A DNA stretch of 50,648 nucleotides, taken from the NCBI GenBank assembly GCA_029838215.1, contig JALGVI010000007.1:1-50648 (forward strand). The letters run 5' to 3'. The notes beneath the pieces are model-generated. The model did not search any database. It was not told the origin of the DNA and saw only the letters and a list, made by a program, of their open reading frames with translations. Of the stretch, positions 1-9,364 are shown piece by piece (position 1 is the stretch's first letter; each line of letters starts with the position of its first letter). The stretch comes from Candidatus Helarchaeota archaeon (GTDB taxonomy: Archaea > Asgardarchaeota > Lokiarchaeia > Helarchaeales > RDOG01). A program made the translations under genes and the position numbers.

Positions 1-4
1 AAAA

Positions 5-1249
5 TTGAAACTACTACATTGTGCACCCAAGCTTTCAATTTCGGGCGCGGAGTTTTACTTTCAAAGAATCTCTGAAGAGCTTTCAAAGAATAACGACACC
101 ACGATTATTGCCTCCAATTTAATTGACTTTTCCAGTCTTCGCACGGGATCAACAAAGACTGCTCCTCTTTCGGAAAAAGGGAAAAATGGGCTTAAAATTC
201 TGAGATTTCCCATTACGGAAGGATTTCCTCACGCTCTTGTTGAAAAATCATTGAATACGTTTATAGGAGATATCATTTCCAAAATTCGCATCTTTGGCTT
301 GAGTGCTACTGATTGTTATAAATTCCTGATAAATGGGCCATATTCTCTTCCTTTATTTGCGTCAATGTTGAAAAACCCTGCGGATGTCATTCACACAATT
401 GCCATTCCTTATGCAAGTGTTCTTTATGGACTGATATCGGCAAAGTTGAAGAAAGTTCCATCCGTTTGCACCCCGTTTTTTCACTTCGAAAACCCGCGAT
501 ATCACGATCCCGCATTTGGAAATATCCTGCAAAATTATGACGTTATTCTTTCAAATAGCCGGGCTGAAACACGCTATTTAATAGATCATGCCGGCATTCC
601 TTCGAAAAAAATCAAGCAAATTCACATGGCAGTAGACTTGAAGAAATATGAAAAAGCAAAAGAATCTTGGTTCTTGAATGTCTATCCAAAGCAAGGACCA
701 GACGTGCTTTTTGTAGGACATAAAAATTTTGAAAAGGGAGCCTTGAGCATTTTAGATGCCATCCCTCATGTTGTTAATGAAGTCCCCTCCGTGAGGTTCG
801 TGTTTATCGGACCGAGTACAAAAGCATTCAACATGCGAATGAAGTCGTTGAAAAAGAATTTTCGGAAAAATATCTTGAATATCGGTATTCTTCCTTTTTT
901 CAGCACGCTGAAGAGAGGTGCCTTTAAAGCAGCTGACATTTACGTGATGCCCTCGCGTAGTGAAGCATTCGGGATTTGTTTTCTTGAAGCTTGGGCATGT
1001 AAGAAACCCGTCATATCCTCTTCAATCCCTGCAATGGATGATGTCGTTCGAGCTGGCGTGGATGGACTTAAAGTGCCATTTAACTGTCCTCCTTCAACCT
1101 TGGGAGATGTCATCATTCGTTTATTAAAGGATGACTCCCTCCGTCAAGAATTGGGAGCAAGAGGACATCAAAAAATAAAAGAGAAAGGTCTCACGTACGA
1201 ACACTTGAGCAAAAAAATCGAAGAAATCCATGAGGAGCTATTGAGCTAA
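5..1249 (+). CDS. Glycosyltransferase family 4 (GT-B fold)
   Basis: N-terminal MKLLH..., C-terminal GT4 signature DIYVMPSRSEAFGICFLEAWACKKPVISS and DGLKV; TTG start at the window edge. Confidence 0.9.
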   Translation: MKLLHCAPKLSISGAEFYFQRISEELSKNNDTTIIASNLIDFSSLRTGSTKTAPLSEKGKNGLKILRFPITEGFPHALVEKSLNTFIGDIISKIRIFGLSATDCYKFLINGPYSLPLFASMLKNPADVIHTIAIPYASVLYGLISAKLKKVPSVCTPFFHFENPRYHDPAFGNILQNYDVILSNSRAETRYLIDHAGIPSKKIKQIHMAVDLKKYEKAKESWFLNVYPKQGPDVLFVGHKNFEKGALSILDAIPHVVNEVPSVRFVFIGPSTKAFNMRMKSLKKNFRKNILNIGILPFFSTLKRGAFKAADIYVMPSRSEAFGICFLEAWACKKPVISSSIPAMDDVVRAGVDGLKVPFNCPPSTLGDVIIRLLKDDSLRQELGARGHQKIKEKGLTYEHLSKKIEEIHEELLS

Positions 1250-1250
1250 A

Positions 1251-2471
1251 GTGAAGACTCAAATTGCAGGAAATCCATTTCTAACATTACGAAGCGATCG
1301 ACTGCATGCTGACGGAGTATCTATTGAAGAATTCATAAAGGAACACGGAACACCTTCATTGATTTACATGAAGCGGAGGATACATCAAACTTGTGAACAG
1401 TTCTTAAATATTCTTAAGAAAAACATTCAGAATCTTGACGTTTTTTATTCATACAAGACTAATTTTCAACCCGAAATTTGCAACATCATTCATTCTCATG
1501 GAATTCACGCCGAAGTAGTTTCACGTTTAGAATTAAAATTAGCACTTGACCAGTTAAACGAAGGTGCCAGGATCATTCTCGGAACGCCCTATTTAACGGA
1601 AGACCTGTTGAAAATGGCTATTGAGAACAAAGTCGCATTAATCGACGTGCTTTCCCAAGTTCAACTTACCAAGCTTGTAAAAATGATTAATGCATCCAAC
1701 TCCAAGCAGGAAATTAGCTTTAGAATTCGTCCTGATGTTCACGGTCGGAAATTGGGCATTCTCCCTGATGAAGGACATTTAGAGAAAATGCTCGACTTGC
1801 TGGGAAAAACATCGGGGTTGGAATTAAAGGCCATCCATTGCCATCATGGAACTCAATTGATGAACCCGCATCAATATGCACAGAACGTGTCTCACGTGAT
1901 GGATGCTGCAGAACTGATTGAACGGCTTCAAGGAATTCGCATCAAGAATTTTAATTTGGGTGGCGGATTCCCCGAAGCAGGAATAATGAAAGAGTCGCTA
2001 CTAGAAGAGATCAGTTTCCTAATTCATTCTTTATTACGCGAGCGCGGATGGGATTCGACCAAGATCATTTTCGAACCCGGTAGATATCTTGTTGCTGACG
2101 CAGGAATCATCTTAGCCACGATCTTGGAACATGAAACCACGCCCGACCAGCACTGGATTCGATTGGACGTGGGAAATCATAATTGCCCTACTACGTCAAA
2201 TGCAAATTATCGATTTTTTTCAGTTGAGAAAATACGACAAGGTCATGATAATCGTGTCGTGATGACTGGTTGCCTTCCGTCTGAACGGGACATTCTTGCG
2301 ATGCGTTGCCCCTTCCTCCCACAAGACCTGATCCGAGTAGGTGAGCACGTGATGATTGTCAATGCAGGTGCTTATACTCAAAGTTGGGGATTGCGATTTC
2401 CCTATCCCATGTTGCCACAATTTCTCGTGGAAGACGGTGAAATCACTCATCTTGAGAGAATCCCATCTTAA
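1251..2471 (+). CDS. PLP-dependent decarboxylase, diaminopimelate/ornithine decarboxylase (LysA-like) family, divergent
   Basis: YSYKTN (PLP lysine), HCHHGTQ, NLGGGFP, IIFEPGRYLV, NAGAY; 1 nt after the GT4 stop. Confidence 0.85.
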   Translation: MKTQIAGNPFLTLRSDRLHADGVSIEEFIKEHGTPSLIYMKRRIHQTCEQFLNILKKNIQNLDVFYSYKTNFQPEICNIIHSHGIHAEVVSRLELKLALDQLNEGARIILGTPYLTEDLLKMAIENKVALIDVLSQVQLTKLVKMINASNSKQEISFRIRPDVHGRKLGILPDEGHLEKMLDLLGKTSGLELKAIHCHHGTQLMNPHQYAQNVSHVMDAAELIERLQGIRIKNFNLGGGFPEAGIMKESLLEEISFLIHSLLRERGWDSTKIIFEPGRYLVADAGIILATILEHETTPDQHWIRLDVGNHNCPTTSNANYRFFSVEKIRQGHDNRVVMTGCLPSERDILAMRCPFLPQDLIRVGEHVMIVNAGAYTQSWGLRFPYPMLPQFLVEDGEITHLERIPS

Positions 2472-2535
2472 CTACTAGACAATCTAACTATTATTGTGAA
2501 TATTTATGAAAAAATTTTAAAAGTTTAATAAACCA

Positions 2536-2567
2536 ATGATTTCTTGAATCATGATACATCGATATCA
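2536..2567. promoter_or_regulatory. Two abutting TGAT...ATCA palindromes upstream of the metal ABC importer (possible metalloregulator site)
   Basis: ATGATT-n5-AATCAT (2536-2552) and TGATA-n6-TATCA (2552-2567), just 3' of an AT-rich TATA-like box (TTTAATAA, 2524-2531). Confidence 0.3.
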
Positions 2568-2608
2568 GGGAAACTTCCATTCAATTTTTTACCTAGCACG
2601 AATTTCTG

Positions 2609-3748
2609 GTGATTCAAATTAGATTAGGTAGAATCTTGAAGATATTTCTCCTAATATTTCTTGCATTTTTAGTGTTCAATGGATTCTTTTCTATTTCTCT
2701 TGCTAGAGATCACCTTCAGAAGATTGTTTCATCACACGAGCTTCCTCAAACAACAATCCGTGCCACGCCTAATATTCGAATTACGACATTCATGATGATC
2801 ACTGCTGATTGGGTAAATAACGTCTTAAATGATGGAACCGTGTCTTTAGGAACCTGTGAGGCTTTAGTTACAGGGACTTCTAACATCCACACGTATGAAT
2901 ATAGTCCAAGTGATATTTTGAAAGTACAACAATCTGACATTTTCGTCAAATTTGGAATCGGTGATCTAGAGCCGGATGTTGATCAATTAATTGCCGAGGC
3001 AATGTTCACTAACCCGAATCTAAAAATATTAACTTTAAAAAACGATAGCGATTCATTATTTCCAATTCCTCTCAAGATGGATCCGCTCTTAAACCAAATC
3101 AATCCTCATTTTTGGATGTCTCCAATCAATGCTCAAATCTGTGTAAACAAGACCGCATATTTCCTATCACAACTTTATCCTGATAATGCAAGTCATTTTG
3201 AGCACGCCCGCGATCTATATAATGCTAAATTGGATGCGCTTCTTGTTACAATAGATACGTATAAATCGATGTATCAGGGAACAAAGGTCATCATAAATCA
3301 TCCCGCCTTCATGTATTTCCTAGATTTAATAGGAGTCATTCGGATGGGGGTAATCGAGGAGACTGAAGAAGGTGAGCTCTCTGCCGCGCATCTCTTGGAT
3401 ATTATCAATACAATCTGGGCGACAAACACTCACCTATTAATCACGAGTCCTCAAGCTTCCCAAGATGCCGTAATTTCGCTCTCGCGGGATACATATTCCA
3501 ATATCGTGACGTTAACTCCTTTACTCCCGATATATGGTCTTTCAACTTACATTCAAATGATTGAGTTTGATCTCATTTCCTTTGGACGACCTGCTCTTCC
3601 CGCATTCAACTTAGTAACAATGGTGGTCATTTCAATATCCGGAACATTAACTATCGTGGGCGTAGCAGGTGCGCTTTTATATTTACGATATGGACCTAGC
3701 AAGATGGTCGAAATCGATGATGAAAGAGAAATAGAAAAAAATCAGTGA
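2609..3748 (+). CDS. znuA: Zn/Mn ABC transporter substrate-binding protein (ZnuA/cluster A-I), with N- and C-terminal TM helices
   Basis: HTYEYSPSD, NPHFWMSP, HPAFMYF and EEGELSA metal-ligand motifs; hydrophobic helices at both ends. Confidence 0.88.
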   Translation: MIQIRLGRILKIFLLIFLAFLVFNGFFSISLARDHLQKIVSSHELPQTTIRATPNIRITTFMMITADWVNNVLNDGTVSLGTCEALVTGTSNIHTYEYSPSDILKVQQSDIFVKFGIGDLEPDVDQLIAEAMFTNPNLKILTLKNDSDSLFPIPLKMDPLLNQINPHFWMSPINAQICVNKTAYFLSQLYPDNASHFEHARDLYNAKLDALLVTIDTYKSMYQGTKVIINHPAFMYFLDLIGVIRMGVIEETEEGELSAAHLLDIINTIWATNTHLLITSPQASQDAVISLSRDTYSNIVTLTPLLPIYGLSTYIQMIEFDLISFGRPALPAFNLVTMVVISISGTLTIVGVAGALLYLRYGPSKMVEIDDEREIEKNQ

Positions 3749-3757
3749 GATGGTAAC

Positions 3758-4813
3758 ATGTGGTGGATAATTCTCATTAACAATTTTTACTTGATGTTGT
3801 CGCAACCTTTCTTTTGGAAGGCTTTACTTTCTTCAATTCTAATAGGGATTATAGGTGCCATTATTGGTGTTTTCATAATCTTGCGGGGTCTCGTTTTTTT
3901 CGGGGAAGCCGTTGCACATTCTGCCTTTGCAGGGGCAGGATTGGCATTATTGCTTGGATTGGATCCATTCATTCCTGTAGTGATCTTCGGAGTTTCTTCC
4001 GCTATTGGGATTCAATACATTAACGAACGCAAGATGATGAGAGATGAAATCATATTGGGTATTTTTTTTACTGCCATGCTTGCGCTTGGGCTTTTTTTCA
4101 TCGGCTTGATTAATTATTATAACACGAACGTTCAAGCCATTCTTTTTGGAGATCTTCTATTCATCACGAATGAAAATTTTCTTATCTTGATTTTCACCGC
4201 CATCGTCGTAATAATGATAATTTTGGCTTTTAAGAAAGAACTTCATTACATAACACTTGATGCCGAAATGGCTGCGATATCGGGTATACCCGTCCGCACG
4301 ATAAATTACATCTTCATCATATTAACGGCTTTTGTAATATCCGTTTCACTTAGGGCCATAGGTGCAATATTAGTTTTTGCCATGATCATAACGCCCGCAG
4401 CCGCCGCTTTACAGTGGACGTTTAAATTGAATAAATTAATGATCATTTCCGCGTTTTTTTCCGTGCTTTCAAGTTTCTTTGGTTTGATGATTTCATTTCT
4501 TTTCGATTTTCCCTCTGGGGCAAGTATTGTCATCATCGCCACCATAATATTCGTGATTTCATTTGGTGTTTCACCGAAAAGACGCAAATCTTCTGAAATT
4601 CCTTTAGAATGTGAATATTGCAAGGAATCGTTCGAAAGTGAAAAAACCGTTTGTCAAGAATGCGTGGGAACCATTGATACAAAACACATTCATTCCGATG
4701 ATAGGATTTTATTAATAGATAAAAATAATGCAAAACACGAACACGATCATGCTAAGAAGAACAATGCCGTTCAAGGTCACCGAAGCAAAGATGATCCTGA
4801 AGGAGTGACTTGA
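3758..4813 (+). CDS. znuB: Zn/Mn ABC transporter permease (ZnuB/ABC-3) with Cys/His-rich C-terminal tail
   Basis: GEAVAHSAFAG, ILFGDLL, GAILVFAMIITPAAAA motifs; tail with CEYC-x10-CQEC and HIH/HEHDH. Confidence 0.9.
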   Translation: MWWIILINNFYLMLSQPFFWKALLSSILIGIIGAIIGVFIILRGLVFFGEAVAHSAFAGAGLALLLGLDPFIPVVIFGVSSAIGIQYINERKMMRDEIILGIFFTAMLALGLFFIGLINYYNTNVQAILFGDLLFITNENFLILIFTAIVVIMIILAFKKELHYITLDAEMAAISGIPVRTINYIFIILTAFVISVSLRAIGAILVFAMIITPAAAALQWTFKLNKLMIISAFFSVLSSFFGLMISFLFDFPSGASIVIIATIIFVISFGVSPKRRKSSEIPLECEYCKESFESEKTVCQECVGTIDTKHIHSDDRILLIDKNNAKHEHDHAKKNNAVQGHRSKDDPEGVT

Positions 4814-4814
4814 G

Positions 4815-5591
4815 ATGGTAGCAGGAATTAACTCGGATAGTAAAAATTTAAAGAAAATGGCATCAATCATCAAATTGAAGAACGTGACTTACTCATACCA
4901 CCGAATTTTAGCAATTTTTAACATTTCATTGCAACTATTTAAAGGAGAATATGTTGGATTGTGTGGTCCAAATGCCTCCGGAAAGACCACTCTTTTAAAG
5001 GTTATTCTCGGTGCCGTAAAGCCCCGGATGGGAGAAGTTATTTTATTCGGTCGAAAAATTCATAAAGGTCGAATTCCCGCAGCCATTCGTAGAAGAATTG
5101 CATACGTTCCTCAGATGGTGTCCGTGGACCGAAATTTTCCCGCATCCGTAAAAGATGTCGTGCGAATGGGTCGGTATGCTCAAGTGGGTATTTTTAAACC
5201 ATTCAAGAAAGAAGATGAGACCGCAATAGAAAAAGCCATTAAATTCATGGAACTGGAAGAACACGTAGAACGCCCGATCGGACATCTCTCTGGTGGTCAA
5301 CAGCAAAAAGTCCTAATTGCCAGAGCATTAGCTCAAGAACCCGAAGTCTTGCTTCTTGACGAGCCAACAAGCGCCCTGGATTTTAAAATGATGGAAACTC
5401 TTTCAACACACATCAAAGCTCTTCATGATGAATTAGGGCTTACAATTCTCGAAGTGAACCACAACCTAGAAGTACTTCAAAAAAATGCTGACCGACTCAT
5501 CGTGATAAATAAAGCAATCATGTGGGAAGGTGCTGCAGATGATCCTGAATTCGAAAACGTCATAAAACGCGTTTTCTTCACGCAAGGATAA
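4815..5591 (+). CDS. znuC: Zn/Mn ABC transporter ATP-binding protein
   Basis: Walker A GPNASGKTT, YVPQ, LSGGQQQ, LLLDEPT; adjacent to znuAB. Confidence 0.92.
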   Translation: MVAGINSDSKNLKKMASIIKLKNVTYSYHRILAIFNISLQLFKGEYVGLCGPNASGKTTLLKVILGAVKPRMGEVILFGRKIHKGRIPAAIRRRIAYVPQMVSVDRNFPASVKDVVRMGRYAQVGIFKPFKKEDETAIEKAIKFMELEEHVERPIGHLSGGQQQKVLIARALAQEPEVLLLDEPTSALDFKMMETLSTHIKALHDELGLTILEVNHNLEVLQKNADRLIVINKAIMWEGAADDPEFENVIKRVFFTQG

Positions 5592-5699
5592 CTCATTTAT
5601 CTCAAGATCTCATTATATTTTGACTGAAAAACTCACGACATGCTTAAAAGGCATTGCATGTATTTAAAATAATAAATTCCTAATGAAGGTGTTTAAAAC

Positions 5700-6359
5700 T
5701 TGTCAAGTTGGGAGAATGAGAAAGCTTATTTTCATGCTTATTTGGATGAGTTAAAAAATTGGATCAAGGAAGAAACCGAAACCTGTAATCTGATGGAAAA
5801 ATTGGCAAAACAAGAAAATAAAGCCCTTGAAGCATTTCTAAAATGGGCATTAAACGAAAAATCGGACGAATTAAAACTTGGAGCCGAACGATTTTCTGAG
5901 AAGAAAAAGGAAATTATTGGTGCACTTAATTCTATGACCGAAAATATTCGTGGCGACTATCTTTCTGCTTTGGAAAAAATTGCCCAAAAAGTAGAACTTC
6001 TACGAGATTCGCTGGACGATTTGGTCAAAGTCGAGAAAAAACTTGAAAAAGCGAGACAAAAAGAAGAAAAGAAGGGATATGAATTAGAGGGTGCTCAAGC
6101 AAGTGGCAAGAGCAAAAAAATTCAGAAAAAAGACTTGGAATTGACCAAAATTAGGACGGAAATTACTGGAATCGAAAAGGATTTAGATGCCCTTACAAAG
6201 AAAGTGAATGAACTCACGTTGGACACGGATAAATTCAAATTCCAGACATTGAAGGAATCACTGAAAAAATTATCCGAACATAAAGAAAAATATGCCGAGA
6301 TTGCCAAAGGAGAACCCGAAGCTCGTCAGAAATTCATCGATATCTTACCTAACGAATGA
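5700..6359 (+). CDS. All-helical protein, BAR-domain-like (resembles SNX/Vps5 BAR)
   Basis: 219-aa three-helix coiled-coil pattern with a basic tip (KKLEKARQKEEKK...GKSKKIQKK); by-eye similarity to SNX-BAR C-terminal halves; TTG start after AAGGTG. Confidence 0.6.
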   Translation: MSSWENEKAYFHAYLDELKNWIKEETETCNLMEKLAKQENKALEAFLKWALNEKSDELKLGAERFSEKKKEIIGALNSMTENIRGDYLSALEKIAQKVELLRDSLDDLVKVEKKLEKARQKEEKKGYELEGAQASGKSKKIQKKDLELTKIRTEITGIEKDLDALTKKVNELTLDTDKFKFQTLKESLKKLSEHKEKYAEIAKGEPEARQKFIDILPNE

Positions 6360-6382
6360 AACCCAAGCCGTTCCAACTTCTT

Positions 6383-7078
6383 TTATTTATTCATGTTGTC
6401 AAACGTGTTAGAAATCTTGCCATCTTTGATTTGGTATATCTTGCTTGTTTTTCTTGCAATGTTCATGTCATGCGTGACGATGATGAAAGTTTGTTTTTCC
6501 AACTTGTTTAAAGAGATGAGATAGGACATGATCTCTTCTCCGGTCTTGGAGTCTAAATCTCCCGTCAATTCGTCTGCTAATACGATGCTCGGTCGGTTTA
6601 CAAGTGCCCTTGCAATTGCTACTCGCTGTTGCTGTCCTCCTGAGAGTTCTTCAGGCTTGTGTTTAAGTCGGTCAGCCAACTTGACTTTGGTTAATAAGTC
6701 AAGGACGCGTTGCTTTCGTTCTTTTTTCTTGATACCTGCGGCAATTAACGGTAACTCGACGTTTTCATAAGCCGTGAGAACTGGGATCAAGTTATAAAAC
6801 TGGAAAATGAAGCCGATTTCGTGGCGACGCAATCGGGTAAGTGCCCGATCATTCATCTTGCTAATGTCTTTTTCATTAATGAAAATCTTGCCCTTAGTAG
6901 GGGAATCTAATGCACCAATGAGATTGAGAAGGGTGGTTTTTCCGGATCCCGAAGGACCCATGATGGACACCAATTCACCCTTTTGAATGGTTAAAGATAT
7001 CCCGTTAAGGGCATTCACTTCCGTTTTACCGAGCTTGTAAGTCTTATATACGTTTTCCAATCTTAATATCTCTTTCAT
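6383..7078 (-). CDS. ABC transporter ATP-binding protein, LolD/MacB/FtsE family
   Basis: GPSGSGKTT, IGFIFQFYNL, LSGGQQQRVAIARAL, VTHD; likely start MKEILRLE at 7078 with GAGGA upstream. Confidence 0.93.
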   Translation of the reverse strand: MKEILRLENVYKTYKLGKTEVNALNGISLTIQKGELVSIMGPSGSGKTTLLNLIGALDSPTKGKIFINEKDISKMNDRALTRLRRHEIGFIFQFYNLIPVLTAYENVELPLIAAGIKKKERKQRVLDLLTKVKLADRLKHKPEELSGGQQQRVAIARALVNRPSIVLADELTGDLDSKTGEEIMSYLISLNKLEKQTFIIVTHDMNIARKTSKIYQIKDGKISNTFDNMNK

Positions 7079-7079
7079 T

Positions 7080-9260
7080 TCATAATCCTCTTTTACGAAT
7101 GGCTTCAATAATATCTAAGTAAATGGCTTTGATTGCGGGAATGATCGAGGCAATGAAGCTCAAGAACGTCATGAATAAAGAAATATAGAATATGTCTTCC
7201 CATCGTACTGTATATATGACCGGAACGTAAGCCAAGAATGGTATGTTTGAAAGGAGATAGGCGGTTGTCAAACCACAAATGATTCCTGTTATCAATGAGG
7301 CAGTTCCAATTATGAGCGTTTCCCCCGCTACCATCTGTACGATTTGGCGTTTTGATATGCCTAATGCACGAAGCAATCCTATTTCCCCACTACGTTGATT
7401 AACGCTCATCATCATGGAGATTATCAAGCCCAACATTGCAATGACTAAAGCCATGTATAAAATGCTTATAAATACGATGAGGACTAAATTTAACACTTCT
7501 CGGATTTGTACCGTTTCGTCTAGAATAGTTCGGTATTGCCATTCACTTGAAAAGGTCACGGTGTCCCAAGGAGATCCCAAGGACTGATACAAATCTTTAA
7601 TATCTTCTAAAACCGTGTTAGCATTATTGTAATTGTCACAATCAACCCAAAAATATCCTGTCGTTGAGGTCATATTCGAACCCGTGATATTAAAATACGT
7701 ATTCCACGAAATGACTGCGGCATATGCCTCGTAATCGGGAGAAGGTTCGTCCCAAGAAAAGATGATTCCCGGTAAAACATCCATTATGCCAACAACCTTA
7801 TAATTATTGGTCGTTGCTGGAAAGAAACTATAATAGCTTGTCGTTGTAATATTCACGTACTGTCCCTTTGATTTGCCAATGGATTCGGCTAATTCCTGTT
7901 GAATTATCACGGTGCCATTTTCATCGAGTCTATGGATGAAGTCTTCAAATGCAGTTAATTCATAATATTTGTAAATCGACCTCCAAGAATGCATCCGTGC
8001 ATATGTCGTTGTGTTTATGACTAACAGAAGCATGCGCTCTCCCGTATTTTTTCCAAAATCATCACACGTCGTTATATTTTCCCGAGGATACGAATTTTTT
8101 ACCTCGCAAACATTGGTAACGTGTTCGAGCTGTAGAATGGATTGAGACGTGTTTAAAGGAATGATTCGTTGCTCACTACTATAAAAAAGACCTATTCTAA
8201 CATCGCCACCTATTCGCATCCTTGCTCCCGGTATGATGCCCGCTTCAATGGAGCTTAACGTGATGTTCATGGCAATTAAAAATGCCAATGCAATTGAAAT
8301 CATGAGAAACGTATTTTTTGTCCTTCGGGAATGCTTGACGATGTTACGATGGCATATTTTTTTCATTTTCTGAAGAATCGGCCAAAAAATGATCGAAAGA
8401 CCATGAGAGATGTAAGGTAAAAAAATGGCTCCTAAAAGAATGGATCCGGATATGAATACTATGCCCGCAATGAAAAGCGTGATGATTGCAAAGTTGGTTT
8501 CCATTGTAGGGTCCGTATTAAAGGAAAGAAGACCCGAAAAACCGACGTTTATTGCCGTGATTCCGAAAACGATTAAAACGATTGACGTTATTAATTGAAT
8601 GACAAGTATCGTCATTGATCGAAGCGGCGTCTTTCGGGGTCGCGAGCGCGGATTCAACGTTTGCAGGACGTTCACGCGTGATGCTGAAATTGCGGGAATC
8701 ATTCCGATTGTTAGTGGAATCCCCAATCCTGCTAGCATACCCGATACTATGGTTAGCGGAGACACCGTCAAATATACGTCGAATTCCGTTCCCAAGTACA
8801 AAAAATTGCTCAGGACTCCCTTCAAAGGACCAAAAAAGTAGCCCGCCATGAAATAACCCAAAAACAATCCGATTATCATGCCTATGACTGAAATTATTAA
8901 AATCTGATAGAAAAAAATGAGAAAAATGCTGAATTTTGACGTGCCAATAGCCCTTAAAACTCCGATTTCATGGAGTTGCTCTTCTTTTGCCATCTCCATG
9001 AGATTCTTGATAATTATGACGCATACGATGAGTGAAATTGCCGAAAAGACGACAAGAACTCCGCGGAATAAATATACCCATTCATCAACATCTCCATACG
9101 TGCTCGGGTCGAGCTGTTGGTAAAGGGAAACCGCCAAAGAATCCGCAGCGATGTTAACTGAAAAAAAGATGCTAACACCAAGAATTATTGATACGAGGGT
9201 TAAAACCGTCCGAACCGGTCTTCTTAAAAGGTTTCTGTAAGCAATTTTCAGTTCAAACAT
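7080..9260 (-). CDS. ABC transporter permease, duplicated FtsX/MacB-type
   Basis: AYRNLLRRPVRT start motif and two FtsX signatures (EIGVLRAIG, EIGLLRALG); start trimmed from 9371 to the ATG at 9260. Confidence 0.88.
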   Translation of the reverse strand: MFELKIAYRNLLRRPVRTVLTLVSIILGVSIFFSVNIAADSLAVSLYQQLDPSTYGDVDEWVYLFRGVLVVFSAISLIVCVIIIKNLMEMAKEEQLHEIGVLRAIGTSKFSIFLIFFYQILIISVIGMIIGLFLGYFMAGYFFGPLKGVLSNFLYLGTEFDVYLTVSPLTIVSGMLAGLGIPLTIGMIPAISASRVNVLQTLNPRSRPRKTPLRSMTILVIQLITSIVLIVFGITAINVGFSGLLSFNTDPTMETNFAIITLFIAGIVFISGSILLGAIFLPYISHGLSIIFWPILQKMKKICHRNIVKHSRRTKNTFLMISIALAFLIAMNITLSSIEAGIIPGARMRIGGDVRIGLFYSSEQRIIPLNTSQSILQLEHVTNVCEVKNSYPRENITTCDDFGKNTGERMLLLVINTTTYARMHSWRSIYKYYELTAFEDFIHRLDENGTVIIQQELAESIGKSKGQYVNITTTSYYSFFPATTNNYKVVGIMDVLPGIIFSWDEPSPDYEAYAAVISWNTYFNITGSNMTSTTGYFWVDCDNYNNANTVLEDIKDLYQSLGSPWDTVTFSSEWQYRTILDETVQIREVLNLVLIVFISILYMALVIAMLGLIISMMMSVNQRSGEIGLLRALGISKRQIVQMVAGETLIIGTASLITGIICGLTTAYLLSNIPFLAYVPVIYTVRWEDIFYISLFMTFLSFIASIIPAIKAIYLDIIEAIRKRGL

Positions 9261-9364
9261 GAAAACCCTCTGATAAATTATTTCCATTCGAAAAGGATCA
9301 TTTTCTAAAAAATATGAAAAACTGAAAGTATAAAAACAAAAGTCTTTACTGGTGAGTCTGGAAC

